Source: Candidatus Micrarchaeia archaeon (GTDB lineage: Archaea > Micrarchaeota > Micrarchaeia > CABMEP01). Taken from it: a stretch of 64,000 nt of DNA. The DNA is taken from the NCBI GenBank assembly GCA_038886535.1, contig JAVZXS010000002.1, positions 96,001-160,000 of the forward strand, read 5' to 3'. Below the pieces are notes generated by a model. The model saw nothing but the letters and a program-made list of their open reading frames with translations. It was not told the origin of the DNA and ran no database searches. Below, one piece after another: positions 29,675 to 39,768 of this stretch; position 1 is the stretch's first letter; each line of letters starts with the position of its first letter. The translations under genes were made by a program, and so were the position numbers.

Positions 29675-30964
29675 ATGAGAATATATACATCACAAGTAAA
29701 ACCAGAAATGAATGATTCAGAAGTTGAACTTGCAGGATGGGTTCATGAAACGAGAGACCATGGAAAAATAAGGTTTCTTATACTAAGGGACAAATCCGGT
29801 CTGATTCAGATCATCGGCAAGAAAGGAATAGTACCAGATGAAGTTTTTGATTTAATTTCTTTACCAAAAGAAACAGTGATATCTCTCAAAGGGAAGGTCA
29901 AAGCATCCCCTCAAGCCCCGAGAGGTGTTGAAATAATCCCTTCTGAAATAAAGGTTCTAAATAGAGTTTCTATTCAACTTCCTGTAGATCCTACTTCCCA
30001 TGTAGAAGCGGATTTAGATGTAAGATTGGATAATAGACATATTGATCTTAGGACAAGAAGAGTTCATTCAATATTTAAGATTCAATCAACGATTTTGAGG
30101 GCATTTAGAGAGAAATTAATTTCATTAGATTTTGAAGAAATAATTCCTCCATCTTTAATTGCAGCAGCAAGCGAAGGAGGTGCAGACGTTTTTCCTGTTA
30201 TATACTTCGATAAAGAAGCATTCCTTTCTCAATCTCCACAACTATATAAACAGCTTGCAGTTATAGGTGGAATGGAAAGAGTTTTTATGACTCCACAATA
30301 TTTTAGGGCTGAAAAACACAATACAACCGCCCATCTTAACGAAATTACAGGAATGGATGCTGAAATTGGATTTGCAGACCATCATCTAGCAATGAAGATA
30401 CTTTCAGAAACATTCCTACACATTCTCTCGTCAGTGAAAGAAAGAAACTCTGAAGATTTGGCAGAATTAAAAGTGGACTTAAATGTTCCAAAGAAGCTGA
30501 ATATCTATACATATACTGAGGCAGTTGACATGCTGAACAAGCATGGAATGAAATTCGAATGGGGAACTGATTTTGGAAGAGATGAAGAGAGAAAACTTTT
30601 TGAGATAATAGGTGAAGAAGCCTACATTATATCAGAATATCCAACTGCGGTGAGAGCGTTCTATTCGATGCCTAATGAAGAAGACCCGAAGATATCTAAT
30701 TCCTATGACCTTATGTATCAAGGAGTAGAAATGGCTTCTGGAGCTCAAAGAATACATATACCAGAGCTTCTTGAGAAGCAGATAAGAGCAAAAGGAATGA
30801 ATCCTGAAAACTTTAGATTCTATCTTAACGCATTTAAATCAGGTGCACCACCACATGCAGGTTTTGGAATGGGATTACAAAGAGTTACTATGGCAATAAC
30901 AAGACAGAAAAATATAAGAGAATGCACACTCTTCCCAAGAGATATGCATAGACTGACACCGTGA
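29675..30964 (+). CDS. aspS: aspartate--tRNA(Asp/Asn) ligase, probably non-discriminating
   Basis: GWVHETRD, SQSPQLYKQ, FRAE, GAPPHAGFGMG; His in WVH and Pro in QAP are the non-discriminating determinants. Confidence 0.93.
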   Translation: MRIYTSQVKPEMNDSEVELAGWVHETRDHGKIRFLILRDKSGLIQIIGKKGIVPDEVFDLISLPKETVISLKGKVKASPQAPRGVEIIPSEIKVLNRVSIQLPVDPTSHVEADLDVRLDNRHIDLRTRRVHSIFKIQSTILRAFREKLISLDFEEIIPPSLIAAASEGGADVFPVIYFDKEAFLSQSPQLYKQLAVIGGMERVFMTPQYFRAEKHNTTAHLNEITGMDAEIGFADHHLAMKILSETFLHILSSVKERNSEDLAELKVDLNVPKKLNIYTYTEAVDMLNKHGMKFEWGTDFGRDEERKLFEIIGEEAYIISEYPTAVRAFYSMPNEEDPKISNSYDLMYQGVEMASGAQRIHIPELLEKQIRAKGMNPENFRFYLNAFKSGAPPHAGFGMGLQRVTMAITRQKNIRECTLFPRDMHRLTP

Positions 30965-31004
30965 GGGAAAATCGTCCTTTTGATTTTAATTATTTGCCTA
31001 TTTA

Positions 31005-31478
31005 TTATTTACCTATTTCTTTATTTTCTTCCTTTTCCTTTGTTTCGCTCTTTTGGCGTTTTCTTTCCAACTCAGAAATTAGTGTCTTTGATTTAGATGA
31101 AATTATATCGCTTATATCATCTGAAAATTTATAGAGTATGCATTTTATCTTATGATAAGTATGTTCTTCTAGATTTTCCTGCCTAATTACACTTTCAATC
31201 AATTTCAAACCTTCTATTCTGTGCCATAGAAATCTGCATCTCTCAAGCCTTTTCCTGCCTTCTTTGATTCTAGACTCTATTTGTTTGGCATTGAGTTTTT
31301 TATCCATATTTATTAAATCGTTTTTAGGCTTTCGTATTTCTTCCTTTTTTGGATACATCTGGAGGAAATGCATTTCTCTGTCATTCCTCTGCTTGGAATT
31401 ACAATAATTCCTATGGGAAGATGAGTCGCTTTGATGGACATCATTCTGCCTATTCTCCCATTTGTTATATTTGCTCAC
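31005..31478 (-). CDS. hypothetical protein
   Basis: Lys/Glu-rich ORF downstream of tldE; start uncertain (GTG after an AGTG SD). Confidence 0.5.
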   Translation of the reverse strand: MSKYNKWENRQNDVHQSDSSSHRNYCNSKQRNDREMHFLQMYPKKEEIRKPKNDLINMDKKLNAKQIESRIKEGRKRLERCRFLWHRIEGLKLIESVIRQENLEEHTYHKIKCILYKFSDDISDIISSKSKTLISELERKRQKSETKEKEENKEIGK

Positions 31479-31544
31479 AAAAATCACTATATTAGTAACG
31501 CACCTAGGCTTTTTATTTTTTACTTTTTCTATTCTATCTTAATC

Positions 31545-32900
31545 TTAACTAATAGGTCTTGTTATATTTATGTCTTTAACCAATACAGATGGAGTTATGA
31601 CAGAACCATGTACTTCCCATGAATGGATCTTTTCAATATTTTTACCTATCATTTCTGTTTTTTGCATTATATCTTCAAGAGTTGAATTTATTCTTACATT
31701 TTTGATAGGGTGTTTTATCTCTCCATTTTCTATATAGAAGGTTGCATCCCTAGGTAATATTGAAAATTCGCCAGTAAAGTAATTTTGGAATCTCATATAC
31801 CAAGCATTAGTTACATATATTCCTTTGTCGACACTTTCTATTAATTTTTCAATCGAGTAATTTCCTTTTTTCAATACTATATTCCAAGGATGTGGATTTA
31901 TTAAACCGGCATTTCCAGTAGTTTCGGTGTTATGTCTTTTTGCTGTTGATGTATTATGAATGTATGTTTTTAATATTCCATTTTCAATGAGTTCTTTAGT
32001 TCTAGTTGGTACACCTTCTGAATCAAAGGTTGAATATACATATGCGTCTTCATAAGTCGGATCATCAATTAAAGTGAATATTTCACTTCCAACCTTTTTT
32101 CCTAATTTATCTACTAGAAAAGAGTTTCCATTCTCAACTTCAAAGGCAGAGGTTGCATCGCCTATATGCTCAAGGATTATTGCTAAAGGAAGAGGTTCGA
32201 ATAGAACATCCATCTTACCTTCGATTTCCTTTTTTTCTCCTTTTGATTGAACTGCAAATTGTGCAGCCTCTTTTGCAATTTTTGTTGGATCTAAATTTTT
32301 TGTGGTTCTTCCTGAATATACTTTATGTCCTGAAGATTCTTTATCACAAAGGGCCCTAAAAGATAGATATACACTACTATCCTTTCCTTCAGCCTCACAC
32401 TTTCCAGAGGTAATAAGATATTCTGAGGAAAAAGTTGTTTCAAATACACCACTATTTCTTTCGGATCCATTTTCAATTGCAGAATTTATCGCACTTTCTA
32501 AAACATCAGCATGGATTTCATATGCATTCTCTATTTTCTTATCATAATCTTCTTTCTTATATCTGAATGGACCCTGCGCTATACCTAGGAATTTCTCATT
32601 AGAAGGTATGTGTCTTATATATCTTTTTATGTTATTTAATGTGCGCTTTATTCCTTTTTCACTTGTATCTTTTATCGTCGTTTCAATTATCTTTCCTTTC
32701 CAATTACAGAACAGATACAATGATTTAGAAATAGAGGAGTCACTTTTTACTATTTTGTTGTTTACGAATTTTGTTTGCTGATAATTTCCTATTCCTGCAT
32801 GGAGGACAACATCATCAGCGCCTTCTCTCTTTAATTCTTTCATTATCTTGTTTGTTTTCTCAATTAGAGACTCCATCTCTTTTTCTATTCCGTTTTCCAT
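31545..32900 (-). CDS. tldE: TldE/PmbA family protein
   Basis: FDSEGVPT, TTGNAG, TGEFS; no HExxxH; paired with tldD. Confidence 0.88.
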   Translation of the reverse strand: MENGIEKEMESLIEKTNKIMKELKREGADDVVLHAGIGNYQQTKFVNNKIVKSDSSISKSLYLFCNWKGKIIETTIKDTSEKGIKRTLNNIKRYIRHIPSNEKFLGIAQGPFRYKKEDYDKKIENAYEIHADVLESAINSAIENGSERNSGVFETTFSSEYLITSGKCEAEGKDSSVYLSFRALCDKESSGHKVYSGRTTKNLDPTKIAKEAAQFAVQSKGEKKEIEGKMDVLFEPLPLAIILEHIGDATSAFEVENGNSFLVDKLGKKVGSEIFTLIDDPTYEDAYVYSTFDSEGVPTRTKELIENGILKTYIHNTSTAKRHNTETTGNAGLINPHPWNIVLKKGNYSIEKLIESVDKGIYVTNAWYMRFQNYFTGEFSILPRDATFYIENGEIKHPIKNVRINSTLEDIMQKTEMIGKNIEKIHSWEVHGSVITPSVLVKDINITRPIS

Positions 32901-32968
32901 AAAGATCACTCTTGATGATTTATTTTAAATACATTAATCATTTTTCTATTCGTTTGGATAATATCAGT

Positions 32969-34420
32969 TTATCTAATCTTTATCTTCATCCTCATTGATG
33001 CTCCACCCATGGATACAGGTATTCCTTGCATTGGTTCTCCTTTTCCACATGTTGCAGCATGTAGCTCAAAGTTGTCTGCTACTGCATTTACCGAATTCCA
33101 TAGTGTTCCAGTAGTTATTTCTATTGACGGGCCTTTTACAGGTTTTGTTATTCTTCCATTTTCTATTAGGTAAGCCTCACTTCCTTTATATTTTTGGTTC
33201 CATCTTCTGTCATCTATGTTCCATTCCATAAAACTTTTCATGTATATTCCATATCTTGTTTCTCTAATCATTTCTTCTTCTTTCCAATCACCAGGAAGTA
33301 CAACGGTGTTTGACATTCTTATTATTGGTTCGACAGAGTAGTTTGATGCCCTTGCAGATGCATTGCTTTTTATTCCAAACTTGGCCGCACTTTCTCTATT
33401 CTGCAGAAATTCATTTATTATTCCATTTTTTATAAGGATTTTTCTTCTTGCTTTAACACCTTCATCATCATAAAGATAATATCCAAATGAATCTGGCAGA
33501 GTTGGATCGTCAGCTACATTCACTATCTCACTACCTATTTTCATTCCAAGCATATCCTTTGTTACAAATGATTCTCCAGCTTGTGCACTTTCTCTTCCCA
33601 AAATTCTATCCGCTTCGTATGGATGACCTACACTCTCATGCGCCATTATCCCTGAAATCTCGGGAGATACAATAACCTCTATTTCTCCTTTTGGAGGAGA
33701 GATTCCATTAATTAAGTTATCTTTTAATGCAATTGCTTCATTTTTTATTTTTTCATCTATTCTCATCTTTTCTATCTTTTCAAATCCTCCAGCAATTCCA
33801 TACTGCCAATGCCTTTGTGCGCTCTGATTATTCTCTTTCACTGTAAAACTATAGAATAGATCTATTCTTGGAATCTTACTTTCTATCGCATTTCCTTCCG
33901 AGTTTAAGTAGTACTTATTTGTAAGAGTATCGACATAATAAAAAGTACTAGAAAATATCTTTGCCTTTGAATCTAAGAGCCCCCTTTCTATATCTTTAAC
34001 AAATTCAATCTTTTCATCTATTCCAATTTCACTTATTCTTTTCTTTTCCTTTATCTCGTATCTCGATCTCTCAGTTTTTTCTCTTGAAAATTCAATCTTA
34101 TCTCCTATCTTTGCAGAATTTTTTATTGATGTAACTGACTGCTCAATTATTCTATCTATATTCTGCTTTTCAAATGTGTTTATGCTGAAGAAACCAAGAT
34201 ATCCATCAAGAATATATCTAACTCCAATCCCTTCTTCGCTTCCAAAAGAAACAGCTTCAATATTTCCATTACTCATGTATATGCTTTCCCCAGTATCCTT
34301 TTCTAGCCTTATTTCAGTATATTTTGCCCCGATTTTATTCATTTTTTCTAGTATCTGATGAGATATTGATTTTAAGTCATCCCACTTCATTTCTTTATTC
34401 TTTTTCCTTTTTACATTCAT
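32969..34420 (-). CDS. tldD: TldD metalloprotease
   Basis: HESVGHPYEAD, YDDEGV, PIIRMSNT, CGKGEPMQ. Confidence 0.92.
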   Translation of the reverse strand: MNVKRKKNKEMKWDDLKSISHQILEKMNKIGAKYTEIRLEKDTGESIYMSNGNIEAVSFGSEEGIGVRYILDGYLGFFSINTFEKQNIDRIIEQSVTSIKNSAKIGDKIEFSREKTERSRYEIKEKKRISEIGIDEKIEFVKDIERGLLDSKAKIFSSTFYYVDTLTNKYYLNSEGNAIESKIPRIDLFYSFTVKENNQSAQRHWQYGIAGGFEKIEKMRIDEKIKNEAIALKDNLINGISPPKGEIEVIVSPEISGIMAHESVGHPYEADRILGRESAQAGESFVTKDMLGMKIGSEIVNVADDPTLPDSFGYYLYDDEGVKARRKILIKNGIINEFLQNRESAAKFGIKSNASARASNYSVEPIIRMSNTVVLPGDWKEEEMIRETRYGIYMKSFMEWNIDDRRWNQKYKGSEAYLIENGRITKPVKGPSIEITTGTLWNSVNAVADNFELHAATCGKGEPMQGIPVSMGGASMRMKIKIR

Positions 34421-34479
34421 TGTATCACTATACTAATATTTACAGGAACCAATTAAAAAGTTTACAAATAAATTAGCTT

Positions 34480-35454
34480 ATGCATAAAATGTCAGATAAC
34501 ATATCATTATCTAAGAAATTGCAGGATACTGCAATAAAACTCATTAAAGAAAATGTCAGTCTAAGAAAAGGAGAAAATGTTCTTCTAATTACAGATAGGA
34601 TTTCATGTCCTGTTTTTACTGCCATCTCTGCAGCAGTAGATCAAATCGGTGGAACTTCAACTCAAGCCTTCATAAGTAAAGACAGAGAGCACAGTTCTCC
34701 AATTCCTTATCTTAGAAATGCATGCATTAATTCAGATGTAATAATAGGAGTAACAGACAAAAGCATCTCTCATTCTCCAGAGGTTTATGAAGCAAGGAGA
34801 AATGGAACGAGAGTTGTGTCAATGCCAGGAATAACAGAAGAACTATTTATCAAAGGTTTAGAGGTTGACATATCAGTTATTAAAAGAATAAATTCTAAGC
34901 TTGAAAAGAAGTTGGAAAACGCAAAAATAGCAAAGGTTTTTTCTCCGTCTGGAACTGTGGCTGAGATAAGAATTTCAGATAGTAAATTCGATTTCAGCGA
35001 CAATGGAGATGCATCTTATCCTGGAGCATTGATAAACATACCTTTTGGAGAGGTTTATTCATTCATATCATTTTGCAATGGAAATATCGCAATAGACAGG
35101 TGGAGAAATGAAATTCATCCCAAAGATAAAGCAATAATAAAAGTTGAGAATGGAAAGATAGTTGGATGGAATACAGCTGCAAGTAAGTATGTTATGAATC
35201 AATTGAATGCAGGAGAATGTGGTTTGAATATTTCAGAATTTGGCATAGGCACTAACCCTTTCATCAGAAATCCTATAGGAAACACTTTACATGATGAAAA
35301 AATTTTTGGTTCAGTGCATTTTGCATTTGGGGCAGGAAAGAACAAGTGTCCAATACACGAGGATTTCGTGGTTTTAGAACCCACTGTTATTGTGGATGGA
35401 GAGGAATTAATAAAAAGAGGAAAATTCCTCTTTAATTTGGGAATAAAACAATAG
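34480..35454 (+). CDS. aminopeptidase, M29 (AmpS/T)-like
   Basis: NIPFGEVY, SEFGIGTNP, DEKIFGSVHFAFG, IHED. Confidence 0.85.
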   Translation: MHKMSDNISLSKKLQDTAIKLIKENVSLRKGENVLLITDRISCPVFTAISAAVDQIGGTSTQAFISKDREHSSPIPYLRNACINSDVIIGVTDKSISHSPEVYEARRNGTRVVSMPGITEELFIKGLEVDISVIKRINSKLEKKLENAKIAKVFSPSGTVAEIRISDSKFDFSDNGDASYPGALINIPFGEVYSFISFCNGNIAIDRWRNEIHPKDKAIIKVENGKIVGWNTAASKYVMNQLNAGECGLNISEFGIGTNPFIRNPIGNTLHDEKIFGSVHFAFGAGKNKCPIHEDFVVLEPTVIVDGEELIKRGKFLFNLGIKQ

Positions 35455-35504
35455 ACTTGAAAGATCAATGTTGATTTTTTAAATTTTTATAATCAACTAG
35501 TTTT

Positions 35505-37253
35505 ATGGATTTTTCAGAATTTGCTGAAACTGCAAGCAAGCTAGAAAAAACATCAAGCAGGCTAGCAATGATAGAAGTTCTTTCAAAGCTTTTCAAGAAG
35601 GCAGACAAAAATAATATTCAAAAACTGATATATCTTTTACAAGGGAGGGTTGCTCCACCATTTGAAGGTATAGAAGTAGGCATGGGTGAAAAATTTGTTG
35701 AAAAAGCAATTTCTAATTCTACAGGTTATACAATATCACAGGTCGAAGCTACATTTAGGAAGACTGGGGACCTTGGTATTGCAGCTGAAAAATTAGTTGA
35801 AAAAAAGAAACAGACAGCTCTTTCTACAGAACCATTGACTGTAGAGAGAGTTTTTGATTCTTTGTTAAAGATAGCAAAGACAACAGGTGAAGGAAGCCAA
35901 GACAAGAAAATAAAGCTTCTTTCCGATCTTCTTAATAGGGCAAGTCCACTTGAAGCTAGGTATTTGGTTAGAATTCCTCTTGCAAATCTTCAATTGGGCG
36001 TTGGAGATCCAACAATTATGGATGCGTTGTCTGTAGCTGTTAAAGGAGATGACAGTCTTAGAGAGGAAATAGAGCGTGCATATAATCTGTCATCTGATCT
36101 TGGTACTGTGGCAAAGAATCTTTATGAAGGAAAGAAGAAACTATCTGAGATAAAACTTTTCAATCCAATAAGACCTGCACTAGCTGAAAGAGAAAATGAT
36201 CCAGCCGCAATTTTAGAAAGACATAAAACCACAATTGCAGATTTAAAGTTAGACGGTTTCAGATTACAGATTCACAAGAAAGGAGACAAGGTAATGCTTT
36301 TTTCAAGAAGATTGGAGAATATGACGCACTCTTTTCCAGACGTTATTGAAACTGTAAAAAACAATGTTAAGGCAGATGAGGCAATAATAGACAGTGAAGC
36401 ATTGGCATACAACGAAGCAACAGGTGAAATCTATCCATTCCAATATACAATCCAGAGAAAAAGAAAGCATGGAGTGGCTGAAAAGGCTGAGGAACTTCCA
36501 TTGCATGTGTTTGCTTTTGATTTAATATATGTAGATGGAAAGAATTTGATTGATGTACCATATAAACAAAGAAGAGAAATGCTTGAAAAGATAATAAAGA
36601 AAGATGGGATATCAGTTATGGAATCTATAACTACATCAGATGTAAAAGAGCTAGAAAAATTCTTCAAAAAGTCAATTGAAATAGGAGCTGAAGGAATTGT
36701 ATGTAAAGATCCAGAATCTCCATATAAGGCAGGAATGAGAGGATTTAATTGGATAAAGCTTAAGCGTTCATATAAGGGGGAGCTTGCAGATACAATTGAT
36801 GTAGTTATAGTAGGCTATTTCTATGGTAAGGGTGCGAGAGCAGAATTCAAATTTGGTGGTTTGCTCGGAGCAGTTTATGATGAAGATGAAGACACATTCA
36901 AGACCATAGCAAGAATAGGGAGTGGATTTAGTGAGGAAATGATGGTAAAGCTTAGGAATTTGCTTGAAAAGATAAAGACAAAGGAAAGGCCTGCAAGGGT
37001 GGTTTCTTTAATTGAACCTGATGTATGGGTGAAACCATTGTATGTTGTAACAGTAAAGGCAGATGAAATAACAGAGTCTCCAATGCACACAGCTGGACGA
37101 AAAGGAGAGACAGGTTATGCATTACGTTTTCCAAGAATGATTGGAGATATCAGAGAGGATAAAAAGCCAGAAGACGCAACAAGCGTTGCAGAGATAATAA
37201 GGATGTTTAAGCTTCAAAAGCATATTGCAGTGCAATCAAGCACTGAGGCATGA
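35505..37253 (+). CDS. lig: ATP-dependent DNA ligase
   Basis: KLDGFRLQIH (motif I), EGIVCK, WIKLK, ALRFPR. Confidence 0.97.
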   Translation: MDFSEFAETASKLEKTSSRLAMIEVLSKLFKKADKNNIQKLIYLLQGRVAPPFEGIEVGMGEKFVEKAISNSTGYTISQVEATFRKTGDLGIAAEKLVEKKKQTALSTEPLTVERVFDSLLKIAKTTGEGSQDKKIKLLSDLLNRASPLEARYLVRIPLANLQLGVGDPTIMDALSVAVKGDDSLREEIERAYNLSSDLGTVAKNLYEGKKKLSEIKLFNPIRPALAERENDPAAILERHKTTIADLKLDGFRLQIHKKGDKVMLFSRRLENMTHSFPDVIETVKNNVKADEAIIDSEALAYNEATGEIYPFQYTIQRKRKHGVAEKAEELPLHVFAFDLIYVDGKNLIDVPYKQRREMLEKIIKKDGISVMESITTSDVKELEKFFKKSIEIGAEGIVCKDPESPYKAGMRGFNWIKLKRSYKGELADTIDVVIVGYFYGKGARAEFKFGGLLGAVYDEDEDTFKTIARIGSGFSEEMMVKLRNLLEKIKTKERPARVVSLIEPDVWVKPLYVVTVKADEITESPMHTAGRKGETGYALRFPRMIGDIREDKKPEDATSVAEIIRMFKLQKHIAVQSSTEA

Positions 37254-37278
37254 TGCAGAAAATGTAGGAAGGGATTCA

Positions 37279-37926
37279 ATGGTTGGGAAAAAAGGTAAAT
37301 TCATAGTACTAGAAGGAATAGATGGGTGCGGAAAGTCTACACAAATCGAAAATATTGCAAATTATTTGTTTTCTAAAGATAAGTCAAATCATATTTTAAT
37401 TACTAGAGAGCCTACAATGATTTCAAGTTATGGTAAAAAAGTAAGAGATTTGTTGAAAAAGCAAAAGAATATAGAAAAAAATGCTGCACTTTTTACCAGA
37501 TTATATGTTAATGATAGGAAATTCCATATTAAGAAAATGATTATACCTGCAATGAAGCAAGGATGTATTGTAATAAGTGATCGATATAAGTATTCAACAT
37601 TTGCATATCAACTTTCGCAGGGAGATAAGCTAGAGAATCTTATTAAGCTTCATAAAGGATTGTTGGTTCCAGATTTAGTTCTGATATTAGACATAAGTGA
37701 AGAAGAATCAATTAAAAGAACCAGCGATCAGAAAGAAAAAGAACTATTTGAAAAGAAAGAGTTCCTTAGAAAAGTAAAAGCAAACTACTTAAAGATGAAG
37801 GAACTATTCCCACATGAAAATATAGTCATAATCGATGGAGAAAGAAGTAAGGAGGAAGTATTCGATAGTATTAAGAAAGAGATAGATAGGTTATTTGAGC
37901 AAGTAAGAAGTAAAAGTAAGAAGTAA
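37279..37926 (+). CDS. tmk: thymidylate kinase
   Basis: FIVLEGIDGCGKST, TREP, ISDRY.YST.AYQ, PDL. Confidence 0.95.
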   Translation: MVGKKGKFIVLEGIDGCGKSTQIENIANYLFSKDKSNHILITREPTMISSYGKKVRDLLKKQKNIEKNAALFTRLYVNDRKFHIKKMIIPAMKQGCIVISDRYKYSTFAYQLSQGDKLENLIKLHKGLLVPDLVLILDISEEESIKRTSDQKEKELFEKKEFLRKVKANYLKMKELFPHENIVIIDGERSKEEVFDSIKKEIDRLFEQVRSKSKK

Positions 37927-37980
37927 ACTAAGAAGTAAAAGCAAAAAAGTAAAAATTATTTAAATTAATTTTTCTTTTCT

Positions 37981-38433
37981 TTATTCTTTCCAAATCTCTT
38001 CTTCCTTGAACCACAACGCAACTTCCTTTTCCCCTTCTTCTGGTGTTCCTGACGCGTGAACCACATTTTCTATTTCACCGTCAGTAGTTCTTCTTCCGTA
38101 CTTTCCTCTTATTGTCCAAGGTTCGGCCTTTTCAGGATCGGTTGCACCCACTATCTCTCTTGCTCTTTTTACAGCGTTTTCTCCCTCATAAACAAGCGCA
38201 AGAATTCTGTTTTCACCGTGCTTCTTTCCTTGAATGAAATCAATAAGTCCATTGTAGAATGGTTTTCCTTTGTGCATTGCATAATGCGTTTCTGCAAGTT
38301 CTTTACTTACCTTTACCACTTTGGCAGCTACTAGTTTTAATTTTGCATTTTCAAACATAATCATTACTTCTCCCATCAAACCTCTTCTCATTCCATCTGG
38401 CTTTATTAGGATGAGTGTTCGTTCTTTTTTCAT
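37981..38433 (-). CDS. ndk: nucleoside-diphosphate kinase
   Basis: ERTLILIKPDG, GATDP, TIRG, NVVHAS. Confidence 0.97.
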   Translation of the reverse strand: MKKERTLILIKPDGMRRGLMGEVMIMFENAKLKLVAAKVVKVSKELAETHYAMHKGKPFYNGLIDFIQGKKHGENRILALVYEGENAVKRAREIVGATDPEKAEPWTIRGKYGRRTTDGEIENVVHASGTPEEGEKEVALWFKEEEIWKE

Positions 38434-38574
38434 TCTATCACCTTAAAATAATTAGTTGTTGTATAATTCTCACAAAATCTTTTTAAATCCATATTGATAA
38501 TTATATCTGCACACAAATATTTGTGCATCTACGAAACAATTTTTGTGTTCACTTTAATTGTGGGAGGAATTTAA

Positions 38575-38868
38575 ATGGACAGAATAGCAGATTTAAGACC
38601 GGGAATGAACGCTTCGATAGAAGGAGAAGTTGTATCTATAGAACCTTCAAGAGAGGTTAGAACAAAGTTTGGTAAATTAATAAGAGTTGCAAATGCAACA
38701 ATTGCAGATGATTCAGGCCAGATAATAGTAACTCTTTGGGACAAAGACATCGATAAAGTTTCAATAGGAGATAAAATTAAAATTGAAAATGGATGGGTTT
38801 CTGATTTTAAAGGTAACTTACAAATAACTGCTGGAAAGAACGGAAAATTAGAAATAATTACCAAATAA
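38575..38868 (+). CDS. single-OB-fold ssDNA-binding protein (SSB/RPA)
   Basis: IADLRPGM, DDSGQIIVTLW, IKIENGWVSDFKGNLQI. Confidence 0.9.
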   Translation: MDRIADLRPGMNASIEGEVVSIEPSREVRTKFGKLIRVANATIADDSGQIIVTLWDKDIDKVSIGDKIKIENGWVSDFKGNLQITAGKNGKLEIITK

Positions 38869-38994
38869 TCAGAATTAAGAAATAATTACACATTTTCTGT
38901 TTTTTCTTTTACTATTCTTTTCTTCTCTTTTCCTTATTTTTCCTTATTTTCCTGTTTTTTATCTTTTTTAAAGTTAACGATATAAAGTATATTT

Positions 38995-39510
38995 ATGGGA
39001 ATATTATCTAGCGTTGATATTAAGAAGGCAATAAAAAAGAAAGAGATAATTATAGACCCGATGCCACCTCAAGAATGCTTTGGGCCAGGCTCAGTAGATG
39101 TGGCATTGAGCGACATTTTTTATATACCAAAGAAGAAACTACCTAGGATATTAGATGCGTCTAAGGATTCTTTTGAAGAGATGTATGACAAAATCGAGGC
39201 GGAAGAGATCACTCTAAAACCTGGCGACTGTATTTTAGCTGTCACAGAGGAAAGATTAATCCTAGCTCCAAATATTTGTGGATGGATACAGGGAAGAAGC
39301 AGATTTGCAAGAATGGGGTTAACCGCGCATGTTGCATCAAGTTTTATTCAACCTGGATCACAAAACAGACAGGTATTAGAAATAGCCAATCTCTCAAAAG
39401 TTCCAATAAAAATTTCAAAAGGGTTAAGATTATGCCAAATAATCTTTGAACGAACAGATTCAAAACCAGCTAAACCATATTCAAAGATAGGGAAATTTGC
39501 AAATCAATAA
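38995..39510 (+). CDS. dcd: dCTP deaminase
   Basis: PGSVD, GRSRFARMGL, IQPG, LEI.N, G.R.CQI.F. Confidence 0.9.
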   Translation: MGILSSVDIKKAIKKKEIIIDPMPPQECFGPGSVDVALSDIFYIPKKKLPRILDASKDSFEEMYDKIEAEEITLKPGDCILAVTEERLILAPNICGWIQGRSRFARMGLTAHVASSFIQPGSQNRQVLEIANLSKVPIKISKGLRLCQIIFERTDSKPAKPYSKIGKFANQ

Positions 39511-39525
39511 GTAAATACCTTTGGT

Positions 39526-39670
39526 GCGGCAGTAGTCTAGCCTGGTAGGACTCGAGCTTCCCAAGAAACTTCTTTAAAAAAGAAGTTTCGTCAAGAAAAT
39601 ATAGGAAACTTCTTTAAACTAGAGGTTTCGGGAAAAGCTCGCGACCCGGGTTCAAATCCCGGCTGCCGCA
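39526..39670 (+). tRNA. tRNA-Gly(CCC) with 72-nt intron (39564-39635) at position 37/38; CCA not encoded
   Basis: Acceptor GCGGCAG/CTGCCGC+A, D arm, anticodon stem CGAGC/GCTCG, T arm GGTTCAAATCC; BHB with central helix TTCC/GGGA and bulges CAA and AAA. Confidence 0.95.
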
Positions 39671-39768
39671 TATTATAATAGAAGATAGAATATCATTGAG
39701 AAGATAAATAAATAGTTATAAAATATTCTAAATCATAAAAATATTAAAAATAAAAGAAAAACAGTTGC

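Noticed and set aside
37900..37980. AAGTAA-like short repeats at the tmk/ndk junction
   Set aside because: Low-complexity sequence with no spacers; best explained as a U-rich terminator region for convergent genes, not CRISPR.
38893..38970. Pyrimidine tract with TTTTCCTTAT duplication
   Set aside because: Typical archaeal oligo-U terminator region after the SSB gene.
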